Below, piece after piece: positions 58,275-64,000 of a stretch of DNA of 64,000 bases (the first letter of the stretch is position 1; every line of letters starts with the position of its first letter). Both the position numbers and the translations under genes were made by a program. Under the pieces are notes generated by a model, which was given only the letters and a program-made list of their open reading frames with translations, was not told where the DNA came from and did not search any database. The stretch is from a virus. The DNA lies in the IMG/VR virus record IMGVR_UViG_3300005253_000193, positions 1-64,000 of that record, one strand, 5' to 3'.

Positions 58275-59725
58275 CCAGTATTCCGACAGCAGGCTATTTT
58301 ATAGACGGGGCAAGGACAAATCTTGAGGCAAAGACAGCTCAAGATGAAATGCTTGAGGTCCTCCGGGAAGAATTGGGTGGCAATGCCATAGCTGAACTCA
58401 CTATTTCATCTGGCTCTGTGACAGCAACCCAGGGTCTTCACTCAATTGATACAGAGAGTGATGCAGGCGACGATTATCTGGACAATATTATTCAAACTAA
58501 TCTGGATGCAGGTCATCTCCTTCTCATCCGTGCCGAAGATGCTGGTAGGACCATCAATGTAAGACATTCTCAAGGTGGTGCTGGAGAGATCATCACTGCC
58601 GAAGCTTCAACTATTGTCCTTGATGATACAAACAAGTGGATTCTCTTGGTCCGTAAGGGAACCCAATGGTTGGAAGTGTTTAAATCTTATAGGGCTGTCA
58701 AGGGCGCGGATATCACTTCGGCCTCGCCGCTGGTGATCGGGCCGGTCGGCAATTATTTCGACGTGGTGGGTGCCGTGGACTTCGCCGTGATGACAGTCGC
58801 GGCCGACCGTTGGTTCATGCTCCACTTCGACTCCGCGCTGACGATCACACATGGCGGCTCCCTAGCCCTCCCGAACGGTAGGGATATCGAGACCGCCGCA
58901 GGTACTGAGCTCACGTGCATGTCGATCGGCGTTAACTCCGTCCGTGTGTTGTCCGTGTCCCCCCCGGTCACCCAGCCCGTCTTCTTCGAGGAGAGCTCCG
59001 ACATCACCCTCGTGGAGACGGACCACGGGCGGACCCTCCATATCACCGATACTGCGACCGTCACCCTGCCCGACGCGGCCGCCGCCGGTCCGGGGTGGAC
59101 GATCCGCGTGATGAAGTACAGCGCCGGTGTTGAGCGCCCGGCGACTATCGTTCCTGCCGGTGCCGACACCATTGAGCTTTGGGCGGACCCCGGCCTGACA
59201 TCGATCCTGCTGTTCACCTCGGGCGACTACCTCGACCTGATATCCACCGGGTCGGGCTGGGTCGCGTCGGGTGAGGTGATTGTCAAGATGAGCGTGATTC
59301 TCAACGCGGAGACCCAGGTGGTCGCCAACACCACCAACACCGTGGTGGAGTTCGATGCCGTCGGTGCCGACACGCACTCGGGCTGGGAGGGGGTGCAGCC
59401 TTACCATTACGAGATACCTTTCTCGGGCTACTACCTACTGAATACCGTGGTGATCGTGGACGAGGGCTCTTCGCCCCACGGGTGGGATGTGTCCATCAGG
59501 AGGGTCGTATCCGGGCCGTCTACAGAGTGGATCGCGCTGACCCGTAACCTCATGCCTGGGACCGGTGATGAGGATAATCTGTCATTGCTCAGTATGTGGA
59601 ACTGGTTGGCCAAGGGAGAAGAGGTGCTTGTCATGGTGCGGCAGGACAGCGGCGGCAACCTGAACATACAGGGATCGACTGTTAGGCAGGAACAGACTCA
59701 GTTCGAAATCGTCCGGCTGGGATGA
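58271..59725 (+). CDS. second tail fibre protein
   Basis: N-terminal ~140 aa similar to 55137; different C-terminal domain. Confidence 0.65.
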   Translation: MTSIPTAGYFIDGARTNLEAKTAQDEMLEVLREELGGNAIAELTISSGSVTATQGLHSIDTESDAGDDYLDNIIQTNLDAGHLLLIRAEDAGRTINVRHSQGGAGEIITAEASTIVLDDTNKWILLVRKGTQWLEVFKSYRAVKGADITSASPLVIGPVGNYFDVVGAVDFAVMTVAADRWFMLHFDSALTITHGGSLALPNGRDIETAAGTELTCMSIGVNSVRVLSVSPPVTQPVFFEESSDITLVETDHGRTLHITDTATVTLPDAAAAGPGWTIRVMKYSAGVERPATIVPAGADTIELWADPGLTSILLFTSGDYLDLISTGSGWVASGEVIVKMSVILNAETQVVANTTNTVVEFDAVGADTHSGWEGVQPYHYEIPFSGYYLLNTVVIVDEGSSPHGWDVSIRRVVSGPSTEWIALTRNLMPGTGDEDNLSLLSMWNWLAKGEEVLVMVRQDSGGNLNIQGSTVRQEQTQFEIVRLG

Positions 59726-59731
59726 TTCTAT

Positions 59732-60028
59732 ATGGTACGAGCATTAGCCTTTTTCATGTTCCTTGCCACCCTGCCAGCGACCGCACAGATGCTGTGCGGT
59801 CCCCGCGCCGACGTGCTGACCAACCTGACGGAGGGCCATGGTGAGTATTCAGCGTCGATGGGCCTGGCCAGCAACGGCGCGGTGATTGAGGTATTCGTAT
59901 CCGCGATCGATAGGGATGTCGGTGGGCGATCCTTTACCATCGTCATGACCCGGCCCGACGGTTTGAGCTGTTTGATGGCGGCGGGCAACAACTGGGAAGA
60001 CCTACTGATAAGGATGAACGGGACATGA
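59732..60028 (+). CDS. small exported protein
   Basis: signal peptide; CGPR...G.FTI..T.PDG.SC...G..W pattern I associate with alphaproteobacteria and their phages. Confidence 0.55.
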   Translation: MVRALAFFMFLATLPATAQMLCGPRADVLTNLTEGHGEYSASMGLASNGAVIEVFVSAIDRDVGGRSFTIVMTRPDGLSCLMAAGNNWEDLLIRMNGT

Positions 60029-60510
60029 TCCCCCCAATTCAATTTCTCCAGGACGTTATTGGCCCAACGCTCACGCATCTGGCCGCCATGGAGCCCCGGC
60101 TGGACACACCAGCGGCTCGAGCACTTCTTCTTGGCACGGCGATCCAGGAATCCCATCTGTCGGCTTATAAACAACTCGGCGGCGGACCCGCAATGTCGTT
60201 TTTCCAGATCGAGCCGGCGACATTTGAGGACATCTTCGACCGCTACCTCAGCCGCCCTGATAAGTCCGCTCTACGTGGTGCTGTTCGCGCCCTACTGATT
60301 CCAGCATTCGAGCCCGGCGAGCAGTTGGACACGAATCAACACTTGGCCTGTGCGATTGCCAGGATCCGGTATTGGATGGTTCCCGAGAGGATGCCCCGCC
60401 CGGATGACATCGATGGCTTGGCGGTCTACTGGAAGCTCCACTACAATACGACCGGCGGCGGCGGCTCTGCGTCGGAATGGGCACTTAATTTTCGAAAGTA
60501 CGCCAGTTAG
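60025..60510 (+). CDS. putative endolysin (lysozyme-like fold)
   Basis: LLGTAIQES...GGGPA..FFQIEPATF...YWK.HYNT. Confidence 0.65.
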   Translation: MIPPIQFLQDVIGPTLTHLAAMEPRLDTPAARALLLGTAIQESHLSAYKQLGGGPAMSFFQIEPATFEDIFDRYLSRPDKSALRGAVRALLIPAFEPGEQLDTNQHLACAIARIRYWMVPERMPRPDDIDGLAVYWKLHYNTTGGGGSASEWALNFRKYAS

Positions 60511-60519
60511 GAAAAAATC

Positions 60520-60777
60520 ATGAAACGCCTTCTTATCCTCGCCTCCCTCCTCCTCATCGCTGGCTGCGGGCTGACACCTGTTGGTGATCAGTACAGGGAA
60601 GCCGCTCGCATGGCCGCTAAGACCGTCGCCGATCAAACCCTGGCCAACGTCGAATGGGCATTGTGCAATGCCATGACGATTGGTGCTATCACCCGTCGCT
60701 ACGGCCGCATCCCGACAAAGGCTACGGCCTATCGGAATCTGTGCCGCGAGGCCCCGACTTTATTGTTGACGCCATGA
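60520..60777 (+). CDS. lipoprotein (possible spanin component)
   Basis: lipobox LIAGC. Confidence 0.6.
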   Translation: MKRLLILASLLLIAGCGLTPVGDQYREAARMAAKTVADQTLANVEWALCNAMTIGAITRRYGRIPTKATAYRNLCREAPTLLLTP

Positions 60778-61415
60778 TGGATCCGCTGGCCCAGGTCTGC
60801 GCGTCGCTGTCGCGGCGGGCTTACGATGACAATCCGGATTTTGCTGGCCTTGGGTTTGATCTGCTTGCCACGTTCGATCGCTTTGGCACCCAGGCGTTCC
60901 TGATTACAGATGGTATCAAGGTGATCCTCGTCTTTCGAGGCACCGAACCCGACGAGCCAACGGACCTGATTTCCGATGTATGCTACGTCAAGACCGACTT
61001 CCCCGGTGGTGGGCGGGTTCACTTGGGGTTTGAGCGGGCGTTCGAGCGCGTCTCAGAGGCCATCGGGGCAAGCCTGCCGTCTATCCCCCTGATTATCGTT
61101 GGACACTCCCTGGGGGCCGCTTTGGCGCTTGAGGGGGCCGCTACGTGGAAGACCGAGGCGGTCTATCTGTACGGCTGCCCGAGAGTCGGCAACCGGGCCT
61201 TCGTCAAGCGCATCACCTGTCCGGTATTCCGCTTCGAGAATCACGCCGACCTCGTTACCCACATCCCGCCGCCGACATCGTTTTTGCAGGTCGCATGGTC
61301 GCTGGCCCACTGGCGTCGACCAACCCTCTACCGCCATGCCGGGAAACGGATTCGCCTGTCCGGCCTGGGCCACCGCTCGGCCGCCTACGAGGCGGCGGCG
61401 ATGGGAGCGGGCTGA
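60774..61415 (+). CDS. class 3 lipase
   Basis: VFRGT, VHLGF, GHSLG, YGCPRVGN, DLVTHIP. Confidence 0.88.
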   Translation: MMDPLAQVCASLSRRAYDDNPDFAGLGFDLLATFDRFGTQAFLITDGIKVILVFRGTEPDEPTDLISDVCYVKTDFPGGGRVHLGFERAFERVSEAIGASLPSIPLIIVGHSLGAALALEGAATWKTEAVYLYGCPRVGNRAFVKRITCPVFRFENHADLVTHIPPPTSFLQVAWSLAHWRRPTLYRHAGKRIRLSGLGHRSAAYEAAAMGAG

Positions 61416-61445
61416 CGCTCCTCAATCAAACACATCCACCCTTGA

Positions 61446-64000
61446 TCAGTAATCTTCCAGGATTTCTATTGACGAGCCTTCCACGGTTTTAGTGACACGT
61501 ATCACTTGCTGGAATCCTCCATAATCCAGGCTGTGATGCTCAACAACCCAAACTTGTCGCTTCAGTTCCTCGGCCCGTGATTGGAGAAGCTCAAGTAAGT
61601 CTTCTACCCCCTCCGGGTTGAGATGTTGAGTTGGTTCATCAAAGACCTCAATGTTGGACTTGATTCCACTCTTTCCTAGAATGAGATTTGCAAGGCCCAT
61701 GGTTCCCGCCAACCTCAATCTTTGTGACTCGCCGCCCGACCAGGCTTCCCAAGGAACGAGGTCTTCATTGTAGGGGGACTTGATAAAGACCGTGAAGCCC
61801 TTTGTTATGGAACCAGATTTTGTTTCCCGTTCTACATCAAACGCAATCTCCCAATTGTGAAGCCCAAGCTGCATCAGACTGTTGCTGACCTCGACTTCCA
61901 ATTGGTTGAGAGCCTCTTCAATCATGAATAACCTGACTTCCTTGAAGCCCTTTATCCAATACTTGTTACACTCATGTTTGGTCAGGAGATCGTCCAAATG
62001 AAGTACGAGCAGTTCGAGTTCCTTTTCAAAACCAATGAGCTGTTCTTCTGCAGTCGCTATTAAATCCTTGTGGGGGTTTTTTTCTTCCAAGACCTGGTCT
62101 AGATCCTCCTGCGCATCATCCACTTTTTCGGAGAGGTTGTTTAATTCATTTTCATATGTCCTTTTTTCAAGGATGAGTTCTCTTATTTTGTTATCGACCT
62201 TCATCCTGTCATTTTGAAGGTCCTTCTTTTCCTCCTTGAGTTCCTTCAGTTGTTTTTGGATGTGTTCCAAATCCTCGTTTTCATCAGATAGTTTATCCTT
62301 TAATTTATTACCTTCACTTTCAATCCTTTTCTTTTCGTCACGTAAATGCTTGGCGGAGACCTTCTGCCCACAATGGGGACAAGTGTTGCCGACTCCATCC
62401 AGTTTTTTCCATTCCTTTCTGCTTGCATCGATTTTGGTCTCTAGCCGGGTGATTTTTTGTTCCACAAAACCCCTGCTTGTGTTTTCTTCATCAAGATTGT
62501 CCTGCACTTCTTTCACTGCGAGATCAAACTCGGCCAGATCATCCTCAACTGTTTTCATTTCCTTGTTATGGGAGCATCCTTTCCCTTTCTTTTCCTCGAG
62601 CTTGTTCTTGTGGTCCTTTAGAACGTTCTTCAATACTTTGACACGTTCCCTCTCAGTTTTTAAATACCCTTCATTGCTATCATAATAATTTTCCAGATTG
62701 GTCTCGGTGAGGGTTATGTTTCCCTCCAAGGTTGCTATATCAGATTCGCAGGAACTTATCTTGCCAGCGATCTCGGTTGTCCACTGGGTTGCTTCCTGAC
62801 TTTTGTCCAACCAAAAGTCAAGTTCAAACATGTCGGAAAACAAGGACAGTTTTTGAGCCGGTTTAAGATCAAAGAACATGGGGGAGAATTGTCCGGTAAT
62901 GATAGAGTGTTGAAAGGATTCTGAATTGAGGCCAATCAAATCTTCCACAACTTGTTGGTCCACGGTCTCACCGTCAAGCTCCAGATTATTTGGGTTCCAT
63001 GTACGGATCAGTACGTGCTCCTCCCCTGACCTCTCAAAGAAGAGATGACCTGCACATCGTCCTTTAACACCCCAGGTGCAAACGTCCCCTGCCTTGAGAT
63101 TGCGAAGGGTCTTTCCGTAGATGATCCAAAACAATCCATCCCAAATGGTACTTTTGCCGCTATTATGAACAACGATTCCATTTGCCACAAAATTATGACA
63201 ATCTTCAACTTCCATATCGTATACATCTTCATACCCATAAAACTCGACGCTGATAACTTTATGGTTTGTCTTTCTTATGACTACTCCAAAATCAGACAAT
63301 CTATTGTAGACGGTCTGTGTGCTGCATTCACAAATTTTGGCTATTTCTTTTCCGGTTGCACCGGATTTGTAAATATTTTCAAGCCATGCTTTATTATTTA
63401 TTTTTTTCCCCGATTTATTTCTTTTTGCGATCCCAGCATTTTTAATAGCAAGAACCCTTCTTTGCCTATCTTCTTTCCATTGATATTTTATTGTGCTACT
63501 GATTTTAGCTTTTGTGGTAGAGCTGTGTTTCTTTCCCTTCATCCCTTTTGGATGTATGTTCCACATGAAATTTTCTTTTTCATGATTCTTATAAGCATGA
63601 AGGCTTTGATGCTCCACAGAGGATAAACCCTCCAAATTTTCTATTGAATTGTCCCATTTTTTATGATTTTTGTGGTGATGAACATCGTATTGACCACAAA
63701 CCAGTTCACCAATGAATTTATGTTCATATTTTGATTTACACTTAGAATCGTTCAGAACTAAATGGACATATCCATCATATGTTTTTCTATACAAAGATCG
63801 TAAGCTATCACCTCTCTTTAATTCCCCCAATTTACAGTATGATCCGTCGGTCTTTAGAATTGGATGGTCATAAGTTCCTATAATGTAATCATATGAATGA
63901 AAATGCTTATAATCTTTGCCCTCATATGACAGTTTGTAAACTGGCTTTCTTATTCCTGTCTTGCGAACGTCCTTTGCCCTTTTCAAAGTAAAACAATTAT
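61446..64000 (-). CDS. SbcC/Rad50/gp46-like ATPase, intein-containing, 5' end outside the window
   Basis: SGKST, CPHC hook, coiled coils, WSGGE signature, VFDEP, VEH. Confidence 0.9.
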   Translation of the reverse strand, partial: NCFTLKRAKDVRKTGIRKPVYKLSYEGKDYKHFHSYDYIIGTYDHPILKTDGSYCKLGELKRGDSLRSLYRKTYDGYVHLVLNDSKCKSKYEHKFIGELVCGQYDVHHHKNHKKWDNSIENLEGLSSVEHQSLHAYKNHEKENFMWNIHPKGMKGKKHSSTTKAKISSTIKYQWKEDRQRRVLAIKNAGIAKRNKSGKKINNKAWLENIYKSGATGKEIAKICECSTQTVYNRLSDFGVVIRKTNHKVISVEFYGYEDVYDMEVEDCHNFVANGIVVHNSGKSTIWDGLFWIIYGKTLRNLKAGDVCTWGVKGRCAGHLFFERSGEEHVLIRTWNPNNLELDGETVDQQVVEDLIGLNSESFQHSIITGQFSPMFFDLKPAQKLSLFSDMFELDFWLDKSQEATQWTTEIAGKISSCESDIATLEGNITLTETNLENYYDSNEGYLKTERERVKVLKNVLKDHKNKLEEKKGKGCSHNKEMKTVEDDLAEFDLAVKEVQDNLDEENTSRGFVEQKITRLETKIDASRKEWKKLDGVGNTCPHCGQKVSAKHLRDEKKRIESEGNKLKDKLSDENEDLEHIQKQLKELKEEKKDLQNDRMKVDNKIRELILEKRTYENELNNLSEKVDDAQEDLDQVLEEKNPHKDLIATAEEQLIGFEKELELLVLHLDDLLTKHECNKYWIKGFKEVRLFMIEEALNQLEVEVSNSLMQLGLHNWEIAFDVERETKSGSITKGFTVFIKSPYNEDLVPWEAWSGGESQRLRLAGTMGLANLILGKSGIKSNIEVFDEPTQHLNPEGVEDLLELLQSRAEELKRQVWVVEHHSLDYGGFQQVIRVTKTVEGSSIEILEDY
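63162..64000 (-). mobile_element. intein with HNH/NUMOD3 homing endonuclease (partial)
   Basis: VYDMEVEDCHNFVANGIVVHN|S; VHHKNHKKWDNSIENL; GKKHSSTTKAKIS; AT-rich. Confidence 0.9.

Overview
This is 64 kb of a tailed dsDNA phage genome with an HK97-fold head and lambda-like tail-tip genes. An alphaproteobacterial host is a weak inference. Layout: (i) 1-18.8 kb, a minus-strand accessory arm; (ii) 18.9-23.9 kb, a repeat-rich strand switch and plus-strand genes with their own promoters; (iii) 24-32.9 kb, small genes, NADAR, 3 tRNAs and a glycan-modifying cluster; (iv) 33-61.4 kb, virion and lysis genes with an embedded NeuB/NeuA cassette; (v) an intein-split SbcC/Rad50-like gene running off the right edge. 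The main finding is an RNA-guided TIGR-Tas-type system. A nuclease-less Nop/IS110-related protein (8233-9204) is flanked by 36-nt dual-repeat arrays with two ~9-nt spacers per unit (45 units, including an orphan array at 2.2-2.6 kb). Ten more single units, each closed by its own terminal stem, sit one by one in intercistronic gaps, like snoRNAs. Two other unexplained structures stand out. One is a chain of 15 small paralogous genes whose YNAF-stop codons also supply the next gene's SD and ATG. The other is a 725-bp gene-containing island with no GA or TC dinucleotide. All calls were made by eye; no searches were run.
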